Shown one piece after another: positions 34,462 through 46,550 of a DNA stretch of 64,000 nucleotides. This DNA is from Macrostomum lignano (Eukaryota): the NCBI GenBank assembly GCA_002269645.1, contig NIVC01000151.1, forward strand, positions 744,001-808,000, given 5' to 3'. The notes under the pieces are model-generated. The model was given only the letters and a program-made list of their open reading frames with translations. It ran no database searches and was not told the DNA's origin. Numbering within the stretch: position 1 is the first letter of the stretch; each line of letters begins with the position of its first letter. The position numbers were made by a program, and so were the translations under genes.

Positions 34462-36120
34462 TCTTCCCATAGATCGTCGAGATCTTCAAAACTGGCAATT
34501 TTATATCTATTTAATTTTCAATATGCAACATAAACACATCACATCATAGAGTGCTTGTTTCTCAAAAACGAGACAAAAATAGGGTATAAAATTAAAAACT
34601 CCAACTACACAGCAAAAAAGTTTACATTTAAAGTTTATAAAAATCTAATAGCTAATTCCCAATCCAATAAATCATTTCAGGTTTACCACCCGTTCCCGTT
34701 GCCGTTCACGAATCGCCTTCATTCAATCGAGTAATTAGGGATTGGAAGGCCCAAAGTCACTTTGAAATGCGAGCATTATTTTTCAATTTAAACAAACTAC
34801 CATGGTAATTTGTATTTCATTTTAAACATGACAGGAAAAAATTTAGAGATTTAATTTTTTGAATATTATACTTTATACCTTTGCAAAAAGAAATGCAACA
34901 ATTCGTATTAAAAAAATTTAAATTCAATTACGTTCCGGCAAAATTCGTGAAAAGCGTCCTCCTGGCAGTAATCCCGTAGTCGTTCCGTAACTGCCCCTTT
35001 CAACAATAACCGTAATCCGTAACCAAAATTACGGCAGTTTTGTTCCCGCCCCGTAGTTTTCCGTAACCGTATCCGTAATTACGGCGGAACACTAGTCCTA
35101 GAGTACGAGTACCTTGACCCTACTAGGCCTACCTTTAATAAGACTGATTAGTAAAATATCAAATAGATTGGTAGCTCGCCACGAGTTTTCTCAGATATTT
35201 ATTTAATAAGTAGCACGACGTATTCAACTGCACCCATGCCATTCTATTACTATATTTTAAGTCATGACGTATGAGTATGATCGCATAGGCCTGTTGGGAT
35301 ATGTGTAAAAAGATATAGAATAGGTTTCAACTCAGTTTTGTTTTGTTTCGATTTGCCAACTTGGTGAGAACTTTTGCAGAATTAGGTACCTATGCCGCGG
35401 CTAAGCCTAAGAGATTATGACATGCTAAGGGGATTAAATATATTGGAAAGAATATGTGTCCTGACCTCTGATGCCTTTAACAAGAATTCAAAGAATTCCA
35501 AGATCATAATCTGCAGCAGCATTTGACTGAATTCCGTTTTTTGATAATTTTATTTTAAGAATGATTTTTTAAAGATAGATAGGCCCTAAAACCTTTTACT
35601 TATAATTTTGGAAAGCCTAGAAGTATATTAGCAGACTTGGTTTTTCATTTTTGTTTGATTTTAAAAAATTTAAATGTGGTGACAATTGTTTCAAAAATGT
35701 TGGAGAATGAAGTGTTTGATTTTATTCATACATTTTCGAGCAATTTGACGATCATTAGCTAGCTATTCACATTTTTATGCATTGCAATGTATTGTTTAGC
35801 AACTTGACGATCATTTTTAGCTATAGCTGTTCACATTTTTATGCATTGCAATGTTTTGTTTAGCAACTTGACGATCGTTGTTTGCACATTTTATGCAGAA
35901 CAATCCAGAAAAACAATGCTAAAGAATCAGCGGTCGCAGCACGTGACCGCTCTATACTTTGTGTGTAACTATACTTTAATGGATAAATAATAATATCCAT
36001 TATATAATTATTTATCCATTCAACCATCGCTGTGCGTTAGCGCACGAGTGTCTACCATTATTCCCCTCCGTTTACCTACTATACTAAACAATCCACCAAA
36101 ATGTTTTCATTTTCTACGAT

Positions 36121-36240
36121 TATCAGGGCGCGCATCTGCCTATACTGTCTTAATGTCGTGGAGTATAGTGGTGCAGATCCGGGCTTTTCGTCAAGTCATC
36201 GAAGAGGCGCGGATACGCTAGCAGATTCTGATTGTTATCT
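36121..36240 (+). mobile_element. Short RTE non-LTR fragment (inverted relative to 38434-38560)
   Basis: Shares gcatctgcct...gtcgtggagta...ggcttttcg...catcgaagaggcgcggatacgctagcagat...ttatctt with the minus strand of the RTE relic. Confidence 0.55.
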
Positions 36241-37183
36241 TATCAGGATTGGCTTATTCCCGATTCTAGAACAGTGAGAATCAGTTTGAAACTTTTAATT
36301 TTTCTTGTTTCTTTTTCCAAGCTCAAAACTAACTGTTTCTTGAACGAAAATTTATCGTTTCACTGCTGTGTTCTATAGTTTCTAATATGGAAGCTATGTT
36401 ACCGATTCTTTTGAGCTATATTTCATTCTTCGAGGCTTGTCTTGTCTCTAAATAATTAAATAAGGAATACAGTAGCTACCCGAAATGGCGAAAATTCTTC
36501 ATAATTATTTATCAAATAATTCATATTTGTGAATTGAAAATACGCACACTGTATACAGCTGTGCTAAGTTGATGGTTGTCATTTTCCCACACAGGTACTG
36601 TTGTAGAACCATGCAATTATTCTGGTTTATATAGTAAATTTAGAGAAAAGCCTCGTCATTAAGTGAAAGATAAAGTCAGAACATGATCATCATTCACCCA
36701 TCATAGCTCCACTCTATGTATTTAAGGTGCGTGTGCAAAATACACTCAGCTGTGCATAAATGGCCATCTGGCTTACTGGCACAGTGCGTACGAATTCATG
36801 AGCAAATCATGCGTTTGTTGTTGTCAAATGGTTTTGCATGCCTAATGTACATACATCTAATACAACTAAGCAATTGGGGACATCAGCAGTTCTCAGGTGT
36901 GCTGCTTCTTAAAGTCTATTGAAAAAACATTGAAAAAAACAAATATCTGTTTAAAGAAGCCATTAGTTAATTTCGTTTCATTGCCATAGACGTATTTGTG
37001 GCATCAACGCCAGGGTTTTTTACACAAACAAAACTGGACTGTGGAGACAGGTTCGATGGGCTGAGTCTCAAGCGCAGCAGTTTAAGTGAGAGCTGCAGCA
37101 TTTGAGCTAATTTCCGAATCTGCTAGATACGAGAGCACCACGTTTTTCACTGGCATAGGACCACCCGAAACGCCGCTACAGCA

Positions 37184-37549
37184 ATGAGCTCGTATTTCGC
37201 ACTTCTGGCAGTCGGCCTGATGAGCGCCGCTGCCCTGCTGACCAAGGCCGACGCCATCAGTACTGGCGAGATGCTCTTCGAACTAGCCAATGACGGCCAC
37301 CACCATGACGACCATCACCACCACCATGACGGTCATCACCACCACCATGAAGGCCATCGCCACCACTATGATGGTTATCACCACCACGACGACCATCACC
37401 ACCAACATGACGGTCATCACCATCACCATGACGGTCATCTCCATCACCATGACGACCATCACCACCACCATGTCGGTCATCACCATCATCATGACGGTCA
37501 TCACCATCATCATGACGGTCATCACCACCATGACGACCAGCATCACTAA
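37184..37549 (+). CDS. Secreted His/Asp-rich repeat protein, paralog 1 (121 aa)
   Basis: Signal peptide MSSYFALLAVGLMSAAALLTKADA, then ISTGEML, then about 12 HDG/HDD-H4 7-aa repeats. Clean ATG and stop; AATAAA downstream at about 37858. Confidence 0.85.
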   Translation: MSSYFALLAVGLMSAAALLTKADAISTGEMLFELANDGHHHDDHHHHHDGHHHHHEGHRHHYDGYHHHDDHHHQHDGHHHHHDGHLHHHDDHHHHHVGHHHHHDGHHHHHDGHHHHDDQHH

Positions 37550-38049
37550 TATCGTGGTCACTGAATTCAAGCCAGAAGACTGAAACGTGAAAGACATTCG
37601 CATGTCAAAGTTTTATTCCGCTTCCTCTAATCCACTTGTTATTGTGCGTAAGCCAATCAGTCCAATTATCCACACACAAATCATAATCCTAACACAACAG
37701 AAAACTCTATATTGATCGCACCTTCATCTAAGCATCTTTCCGCCTTTTATTTCAATTCTAGTGTCCGCTGTTGCATGATTACATCAAACTGCTAATCAGT
37801 CGTGCATGTTGAAGCTAACCAATTATTTGCTTTGATTCTGGTATCGATGCACTTGAAATAAATAAAAAATTGAAGCAAATTGAGAAAATTAAATCAGAAA
37901 TCTGTAATTTAAATCAGAAAAAAATGCTGTGTCAGTTCTTGCGTTTAAATAATATTTAAATTGCCATAGTCGCGAGGCCCTGAATACTGTTGATGGAGCT
38001 GGGGATAGTGGAAAGGATTAGTTATAAGTTGATAGAAGGAACGACCATT

Positions 38050-39060
38050 GACAGAAACATAAAACCAGTTAGAGTCGCCGATGGCACAACAGGTCGCTTG
38101 GACGCTCTGGGCCGGTGCGATGATACAGTGCAGGGCACGCGTTGGAACTCGTTTGTCGCCGATCTTGAAGTCGACGAGTAGCAGGCCAGCGTGCGCCGCT
38201 TGATCTACAGCTCTACAGCAGTCTACAGCTGTCAGCGTCCAGAAGCCTCGGCGTTGTAAAGCAGAACGGTCTCGATTGGCCTTCCGGTGTTGACACGCAG
38301 TTTCGTGTCACAGCACATCGCCATGATGGCGGAAAGCAGCTGATTTGGCACCATTATTGGGAGCGCAGCACGTGTACTTATCCACCGACGAATACATAAT
38401 CTACAAATCTGTGAATCTGTATCTGCGAATCCCCAAGATAACATCAGGATCTGCTAGCGTATCCGCGCCTCTTCGATGCCTCAGCGAAAAGCCAGAATCT
38501 GCGCCACTACTCCACGACCGAAGGCAGATGCCCTAGCTGATACTCCTCAAGGTTGTGATGCGCGGCTTCTGAGGAATAGCTGCGATGTATTCCGTGGTCC
38601 ATTCGTTGGGCGCCGATCCTCGCCGAAGAGCACGCGGCCGGTTCATTACTCTGGCGACTTAACTAGCGTCAGGACCCAGCGCTTTCCTGCCCGGCGACAA
38701 TTGGGCAAGCCTCAAAACGTCGGCTGTGCTTACCGGGACTATGCTAAAGCTCTCCTCTTCCGGCGACGGCGTCTCGGGCTGTATCCGGCGGTGTCTCCGA
38801 CAGCGTCGGATTGTCTGGCAGCGGGAGTGTCAGCGCGTTCACGATCGCGGCGAAGAGTTCGTGCAGCTCATTCTGCGCCCGTCAGCTGTAGTGTCGCCGG
38901 AACGACGAGGCGACAGTCTCGGTTCGATCAGCGCTCCAACTCCTATACGGCCCCGAAAGTCCCCCAGCGCCCAGGTCCTCATGGTGAAGTCCCAGGTCAG
39001 CCTTGATAGACACCTCCTGCGGTGCAATGATATCGCAGCTTAGGTCAAACGCTAGCTTCG
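38050..39060 (-). mobile_element. Degenerate, internally deleted RTE-clade non-LTR retrotransposon
   Basis: APE-like CDIIAPQEV at the 5' end, then YLG, DTKLRV...IETVLLYNAE and ALYHRTG...PSDLL..RRL post-RT motifs, with stops and frameshifts. Confidence 0.6.
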
Positions 39061-39314
39061 CCTGCAGCTCAGGTTAAGACTGCAGATAAAAAATCAGGAA
39101 ATAATCAGTCCCTCATTAAACAAATTCATGACAAACTTTTTGTGCCATCGCCGAATCTGCATGGCAGGCCAAATCATCCGCGTTGAGTGGTACTGCCCAC
39201 AGCCGGTGATGCAGGTGCTACTGGTGACGCTGCAGGCACCCTACCGGCGAAGACTGGCGCGCACTCGGCGCTTTGTCCCATTTTCTTGTTGTTCTTGTAT
39301 GGATAGAAAAAGCA

Positions 39315-39580
39315 AAGACCAGTGGATAGAGGCAAGGACCAGTGGATATAGGTATAAGGACCAGTGGATATAGGTATAAGGACCAGTGGATATAGGTATA
39401 AGGACCAGTGGATATAGGTATAAGGACCAGTGGATATAGGTAAGGACCAGTGGATATAGGTAAGGACCAGTGGATATAGGTAAGGACCAGTGGATAGAGG
39501 CAAGGAACAGTGGATAAGAGGCAAGGACCAGTGGATAGAGGCAAAGACCAGTGGATAGAAGCAAGAACCAGTGGATAGAA
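39315..39580. repeat. 20-22-bp minisatellite (aggaccagtggatataggtata)
   Basis: Tandem copies between the two His-rich genes. Confidence 0.9.
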
Positions 39581-40072
39581 TGACAGATTTATTTGTTAGC
39601 CACTATTTTTTGGAAAACCACCCAGTCTTTAAATCTACGAGTATGACAAAAAAGCGAATTCTTGATGTTGACTAAAAGTACAAGCGGGCCCAGATACTAA
39701 ATGATCAAGATGGATCGCTCAAAAAAGTCTTTTTCGAAACTGTTTGCATGCTTACCAGCTATATTGAATCGTTGTACTTTTCTGAATTCAGCGATTCAGC
39801 TACGCGGGCTGGGACAAGCAGATAATAGTCTATGGCCAAAGTTTCGCTCGGCATAACAGTTCAGGCCTTAAGCTTGAGAAATTGCGCCTACAGGCCAACG
39901 GTTTCAGCCACAGACGAAAGTGTCACTGCCGCACACAGCATAAGAGGCCACAGGCCGGAGCGGTGGTTGGGGCAGCCTCTCAGGTTTAGTGAGCAAGCGA
40001 CAGCCAAAGCAAGTGGTGGGCAGATACTCTCAAGTTGCAGCATCGTACCAGCAAGCTCGATCAACCGCCAGC

Positions 40073-40786
40073 ATGACATCGACTATCGCAATCCTAACAT
40101 TCGTTGTGACGAGCCTGGCAGCGCTGGCGGTCAGCACGGAGGCCCTCAGCGCTGGCGAAATGCTGTTGAGGAATCAACTGAGGACCCGGCAAGACGGACA
40201 TGACCATCATCTGCATGACGGACATGACCATCATCCGCACGACGGACATGACCATCATCTGCACGACGGACATGACCATCATCTGCACGACGGACATGAC
40301 CATCATCTGCACGACGGACATGACCATCATCTGCACGACGGACATGACCATCATCTGCACGACGGACATGACCATCATCTGCACGACGGACATGACCATC
40401 ATCTGCACGACGGACATGACCATCATCTGCATGACGGACATGACCATCATCTGCATGACGGACATGACCATCATCCGCACGACGGACATGACTATCATCT
40501 GCACGACGGACATGACCATCATCTGCACGACGGACATGACCATCATCCGCACGACGGACATGACCATCATCTGCACGACGGACATGACCATCATCTGCAC
40601 GACGGACATGACCATCATCTGCACGACGGACATGACCATCATCTGCACGACGGACATGACCATCATCTGCACGACGGACATGACCATCATCTGCACGACG
40701 GACATGACCATCATCTGCACGACGGACATGACCATCATCTGCACGATGGACATGACCATCGCATGCACGACGGACATCATCATTGA
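40073..40786 (+). CDS. Secreted His/Asp-rich repeat protein, paralog 2 (237 aa)
   Basis: Likely start ATG at 40073: MTSTIAILTFVVTSLAALAVSTEA signal, LSAGEML, RTRQ, then about 24 near-identical HDGHDHHL units (24 nt). Confidence 0.85.
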   Translation: MTSTIAILTFVVTSLAALAVSTEALSAGEMLLRNQLRTRQDGHDHHLHDGHDHHPHDGHDHHLHDGHDHHLHDGHDHHLHDGHDHHLHDGHDHHLHDGHDHHLHDGHDHHLHDGHDHHLHDGHDHHLHDGHDHHPHDGHDYHLHDGHDHHLHDGHDHHPHDGHDHHLHDGHDHHLHDGHDHHLHDGHDHHLHDGHDHHLHDGHDHHLHDGHDHHLHDGHDHHLHDGHDHRMHDGHHH

Positions 40787-41294
40787 GCATGCCAAGTTCA
40801 TCCTTATTGGCCAAAAGACAGCAAGCGCCATCAGAGACTGCTCACGCATAGACAGCAGCATTAACAAAAGCTCCAAATCTTGAGTCTGTGTAAGCATGCT
40901 GTCCTTAGACAGCAAAATCCCCACAAAAACCACAAAAAGGCTAGAAAAACTCCCAGTAATTTCTTTTGCAAACGCGCTATACGAAATTTAGTCAACAGAT
41001 GATCCCAAGTGCTAATTTTACCTGTAAGTTCGTCATGATTTTTCCCTGATCTTATCAATTAAAATTTGATGGAAATAATTCTAGTTGAATGTTTTCAAAT
41101 AAATATGGATCATAATTCAAGGAGACATAATTAATTAAATAAAAACATGAGGAATTTATGACAAACAGTGACTGACAATGTGCGTCTGCTTGACTTCATT
41201 TTAGTGCACAATATATTCCTTCTGGGTCTTGCTTGAAACGCACATTGGCGTATGAACAAGACTAGCGTTGTAGGCTGAGGCTTGTGTTGGTGCC

Positions 41295-41755
41295 CACTGA
41301 AGGAGGTCAGAAGCGGTGATGCCCACTGAAGGAGGTCAGGAGCGGTGGTGCCCACTGAAGGAGGTCAGAAGCGGTGATGCCCACTGAAGGAGATCGGGAG
41401 CGGTGATGCCCACTGAAGGAGATCGGGAGCGGTGATGCCCACTGAAGGAGGTCGGGAGCGGTGATGCCCACTGAAGGAGATCGGGAGCGGTGATGCCCAC
41501 TGAAGGAGGTCGGGAGCGGTGATGCCCACTGAAGGAGGTCGGGAGCGGTGGGCCCACTGAAGGAGGTCAGAAGCGGTGATGCCCACTGAAGGAGGTCGGG
41601 AGCGGTGGGCCCACTGAAGGAGGTCAGAAGCGGTGATGCCCACTGAAGGAGGTCGGGAGCGGTGATGCCCACTGAAGGAGATCGGGAGCGGTGGTGCCCA
41701 CTGAAGGAGGTCAGGAACGAGCGGTGGTGCCCACTGAAGGAGGTCAGGAGCGGTG
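41295..41755. repeat. 29-bp minisatellite (cccactgaaggaggtcgggagcggtgatg)
   Basis: About 16 copies. Confidence 0.95.
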
Positions 41756-42093
41756 TCGGTAGCACCCAGAAGCTCAGTTAGACTTCGTTCCAACTCTTCA
41801 GTGCCGAATGCGGTCCAACAATTCCCGATAAAGAAGCAATCTTGATGCTGTACTTCATGTGATCAGGAAACTGAAATTCGGTGAATTTCAAGCAATCAAA
41901 TGCTTTTAATGTTCACATTCGCTAATATTCAAGTATTTGAGCAACCGAACTTGCCTTTATTTGTTACAAAGCACCATCACCAAGAAGCTGCACTTCATTG
42001 CATTAAAACTACGAGCAAATTAATGCAGTAAAGATCGAACGCCTGTAGTCTATAGCGATGATCCATCTGCAGTGTACCGATGGCCCGGCCCCA

Positions 42094-43958
42094 TCACATC
42101 ATGCTGTTCCCCTCAAACGGCTTGCACCTGGCCGAGCTCAGGTAGTCGCGAACTCTCGGCCGGTCCTCCATTCCGGCCTTGAACTCGGCCAGCCTCGGAC
42201 AGTCGCCGATGCTGCGGGCCCAGGCGGCCGGAAACTGCGACTCCGCAGCACGCAGCACGTGCAGCAGGCAGAGGTCGCAGTAAGTCACCCGCCGGCCAAC
42301 GACAAACCGGCCGCCGCCAGAAGCGTCCCAGTTGGCCGCGTTGAAGCTGAGCACCTGCTCGAAGTGGCGCAGGAACTTGGGCAGCCGGTGCCGCTCAAAA
42401 TAGTCAATGTAGGGCCGCGTCTCCGCCTCCTGGTCGAAGTACGACTCGTAGAAGTTGCGGCCGTGGAAGGCCAGCCGGCCCTCCGTGATGAAGTCCATGA
42501 CGGTGGCGCAGGTCTGGTCGGCCCGCCAGCGGTCCGGCTCGCCATCGGGCAGCAGGCCGAGCCTCTCGGCCAGGTAGCGGCAGATGGTGGCCGTCTGGCC
42601 CAGCTCGAAGTCGCCTGGGAGGTGAAATATCGGCCAACATCAGTCCGAAGTAGCCTCAGTGCTGCAGCTGCAGCTCTGCTGTCGCCTTGTAAAAGTGCAG
42701 TAAGAGATGCCAGCACCCGCCGTGCATCCAACAGAATACAGAATTTACCTCTACAAAACTCCTCTCTATTTAACTTAAGACTTTGGTAAACAATAGTGTA
42801 AACTTTGGGATAACTTAAATTAATTTGTGTCCCAATGTTCGATCGAATGCTTTATCATGGGCACAGCAACCTCACCCTGCTTTATCATTGGCACAGCAAC
42901 CTCACCCTGCTTTATCATGGGCACAGCAACCTCACCCTGCTTTATCATGGGCACAGCAACCTCACCCTGCTTTATCATGGGCACAGCAACCTCCCTCACC
43001 TTGCTTTATCATGGGCACAGCAACCTCACCCTGCTTTATCATGGGCACAGCAACCTCACCCTGCTTTATCATGGGCACAGCAACCTCCCTCACATTGCTT
43101 TATCATGGGCACAGCAACCTCCCTCACCCTGCTTTATCATTGGCACAGCAACCTCACCCTGCTTTATCATGGGCACAGCAACCTCACCCTGCTTTATCAT
43201 GGGCACAGCAACCTCACCCTGCTTTATCATGGGCACAGCAACCTCCCTCACCTTGCTTTATCATGGGCACAGCAACCTCACCCTGCTTTATCATGGGCAC
43301 AGCAACCTCACCCTGCTTTATCATGGGCACAGCAACCTCCCTCACATTGCTTTATCATGGGCACAGCAACCTCCCTCACCCTGCTTTATCATTGGCACAG
43401 CAACCTCACCCTGCTTTATCATGGGCACAGCAACCTCACCCTGCTTTATCATGGGCACAGCAACCTCCCTCACCCTGCTTTATCATGGGCACAGCAACCT
43501 CACCCTGCTTTATCATGGGCACAGCAACCTCACCCTGCTTTATCATGGGCACAGCAACCTCACCCTGCTTTATCATGGGCACAGCAACCTCCCTCACCCT
43601 GCTTTATCATGGGCACAGCAACCTCACCCTGCTTTATCATGGGCACAGCAACCCCACCCTGATTTATCATGGGCACAGCAACCCCACCCTGCTTTATCAT
43701 GGGCACAGCAACCTCACCCTGCTTTATCATGGGCACAGCAAACACAGGCCAGCCAATTTTCTGCTGACACTTGAAGTCCAGGTAGATGGCCTCGGGGTCG
43801 CAGTGCTCGCTGAACTCCTGCCCAGCTTCCACCAGGATGAGGCGGATGAACTCCGCTCTGCCAGGCACGTTGGGCCAGTAGCGCAGCTGCCACTTCGGGC
43901 TCGGCTCTTCTTCACCGCCCGCTGTGTCAGCCGAGGAATTTTCGCCCGGCGCCGTCAT
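42094..43958 (-). CDS. Glutathione S-transferase, 2 exons, about 253 aa
   Basis: Exons 43958-43718 and 42614-42094. Motifs LRYWPNVPGRAEFIRLIL, FAVPMIKQG|DFELGQTATICRYLAERLGL, VTYCDLCLLHVL, PRLAEF...RPRVRDYLSS. Confidence 0.9.
42848..43740. repeat. 30-bp (some 34-bp) minisatellite = 23 nt of GST exon 1 end + 7 nt of 5' splice site, about 28 copies
   Basis: Minus-strand unit tgctgtgcccatgataaagcagg|gtgaggt. Confidence 0.95.
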
Positions 43959-44815
43959 TTGCTTCAAAACAGTTGCTGAGGCCGTGGCGGCAGCGAACTT
44001 CGCGAGCGAGGCCGAGTTTGGCTGCCCAAATGCGCTTTTATGGCCAATACTGGAAACTCGACACCCAGGCTGCTGCATGCGGTCGCCTACCTGTCAGAGA
44101 TACCTGCAGCTCATTAGCTCGAGCTGTCATGCACGATGGCCGTGGAGTTGAAGTGAAAATGTATAGGAAATTTCATCCTTTAATTTGTTCTGTCAGCGTC
44201 AGGACAGTCAACAGTGATTAGAGAAAAGCGATATACATGTTTGTATGTAAGCTCTAATTATCCAATTTGCAAACTCCGTCATTACCAGTGCAGACTCAAG
44301 GTGAGATTAAAGCGGCAGGCATCCAAGGGTTGGAATGGCAGTAGCAGAGAGACAAATGGCAGTCATAAAAATCATTCTTTCAAATCGGAGCCAATTTATG
44401 CATTTGACAGTCAGTCAGGTAGGGTATATTTGATAAAAACTTTACATTGCTTTCTTACGCATGCAGCAGAGTATCTTTTTTACGGACAGAAATCGGACTA
44501 AAAACTGACAAGCACAGGCTTGCTCTGCTGCTTCTGTTCAAACAAATACTGAGCAAGCAGACAGCCGCCAGATAGCAAAGGGAGAAATACTCTTCACGCA
44601 GCTATAAAAAGTACAGCGGACGGTCAGAGAGGAACCCGGCTCCAAAATAAAATTTGGATACCTACGTGTCCATCAGTAAAAAACAGCGATGGAAAAGTGT
44701 ACAGTACAGTGATGCCCAGCTTACCCAAAGCACCCGCTGAGCAATGGGCCAAAAAGGCTAATACTGCAGAGTCGCATAAAACAGAAATTCTCCCCCCTGA
44801 GATTTGGTGGGAAAT

Positions 44816-46010
44816 TCAGGCTGGGCGGCACACACAGCCGGAGGCGCTGTCGCCTGTTCCGTTAGTCAGCGCGAGCCGCAGGCCGGCCTCCATCGGGTGG
44901 CGCCTCCGTGACAGGCAGGCAGCGGCCAGGTGGCGGAAGGCGGCCTCAACATTCAGGCCAGTCTTGGCGGAGCACTCGAAGTAGCGCTCAGCATCGCTAG
45001 GCAGCTGCTGGGCGCTGCGCCAGGCGGCGACGCATCGGCCGGAAACCGCCCGGCTGCCCGTGGGCAGGTCGGCCTTGTTACCCAGCAACAGCAGCGGCGG
45101 CAAGGCGGCCGCGGATTCGAACCCGGACCGTTCCGAGTCGAATTCCTGGCGCCAGTGTGTCAGGGAGGCGAGGCTGGCGGTGCTGGTCAGGTCGAACACT
45201 GCGGGAGGAGCGGGGCGGAGCTGCCAGGCGATCGGATTGATCAATCCATTTTCTTTAGACCCGATTTAAAAGTTCAAGGCCTTTATTCTCTGTGCTGGCC
45301 CCCCCTCCCAGGGGAAGCTGTGGAGTTGGCAGAATCCCCTGACGATGTCGTTGAAGATGGAAGCCTGGCGTAGAGAGTACAGTCTCTACTTCAATCCGAT
45401 CGCAAAGCAATGCTTTTCTACTACTGATACGAATTTGAACGCTTATATAGAAATGCTATAACAGCCAGAGATTTAGTTTTGATTATTAACTATTTTCCAC
45501 ACGACCCGCAATTCGGAAACCGCCGTCGAGGCTATGATGAGCCCCCATGAGTGGTTTACAATGAGGAACTTGGATGCTGCGCCCCAACCCCATCTTTCAA
45601 TACGCAATGATTTTGTCTGGCTTGCATGCCAGAACAAATACTCAGGCGCAAATGCGGCCGTCGGCCCCTCTGAAGTAGGCGCGGTTAAGCGACCTGAACC
45701 GCTCCTGCCCGGCCAGCAATCACAGCTGCAGCGTCACCTCGGCTCTGCAGTTCAGCACCAGCCGCTTCATTAGCAGATCCGAGCCGATGGTGGCCCGATA
45801 GATACCGTCTCCATGGTAACCGCTGTGAACCAGCCGGTGCAGCAGGGCCGTCTTGCCGACGTCGGCATCGCCCAAGACAACAATTTTGACGCTGGCCAGC
45901 CGGCACTGCGGGCGCTGGTTGGGCAAATTGCCAAAGCATTGGGCAGAGTGCGGCACAAAGACTGGAGCTTGTCCGCTAGACTGGAATGCCCGCCCCCTGG
46001 GGCCTTGCAT
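44816..46010 (-). pseudogene. Rab7/Rab9-like GTPase with an in-frame TGA in G3 and a non-canonical donor
   Basis: Exon A has GDADVGKT, YRATIGSD, then VTLQL*LLAGQERFRSLNRAYFRGADG. Exon B (45198-44816) has VFDLT, GNKADL, ECSAKTG and C-terminal GCVCRPA. Confidence 0.75.
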
Positions 46011-46147
46011 ACTACAGACAGCTCCCGGACTTCAGACAGCAAGCAAATACGCTGCACGGTTCCCTGAGTTCTTGGCAATTGACAATTCCAATTCCAACAC
46101 GGCAAATGACTTTAATTTTTTTATTAATTCCCGTAAAGACGGCCTTC

Positions 46148-46550
46148 TACCAATTCCCATTGAGACTCGGTGTTTCACCAATTCCCATTGAGACTCGGTG
46201 CTTGGCCAATTCCTATTGAGACTCGGTGTTTTACCAATTCTCATTGAGACTCGGTGCTTTACCAATTCCCATTGAGACTCGGTGCTTTACCAATTCCCAT
46301 TGAGACTCGGTGCTTTACCAATTCCCATTGAGACTCGGTGCTTTACCAATTCCCATTGAGACTCGGTGTTTTACCAATTCCCATTGAGACTCGGTGTTTT
46401 ACCAATTCCCATTGAGACTCGGTGTTTTACCAATTCCCATTGAGACTCGGTGCTTTACCAATTCCCATGTTTTACTAATTTTCGGTGTTTTACCAATTCC
46501 CATATTTTACCTATTTTCGGTGTTTTACCAATTCCCATATTTTACCAATT
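46148..46550. repeat. 28-bp minisatellite (taccaattcccattgagactcggtgctt)
   Basis: About 14 copies upstream of the Rab-like gene. Confidence 0.95.

Noticed and set aside
36121-38560. Inverted repeats flanking His-rich gene 1 as TIRs of a Pack-type transposon
   Set aside because: The right arm is an internal part of the RTE relic (the region before YLG), so these are two opposed RTE fragments; no TSD was seen.
37283-40933. Met/Val-rich and (MTIICTTD)n ORFs
   Set aside because: Alternative-frame and antisense readings of the His repeats; only the His frame has a signal peptide and the shared paralog motif.
45720-45722. Selenocysteine or readthrough UGA in the Rab-like gene
   Set aside because: The position is a conserved Trp, the adjacent catalytic Asp-Thr and the donor are also damaged, and no SECIS was identified.
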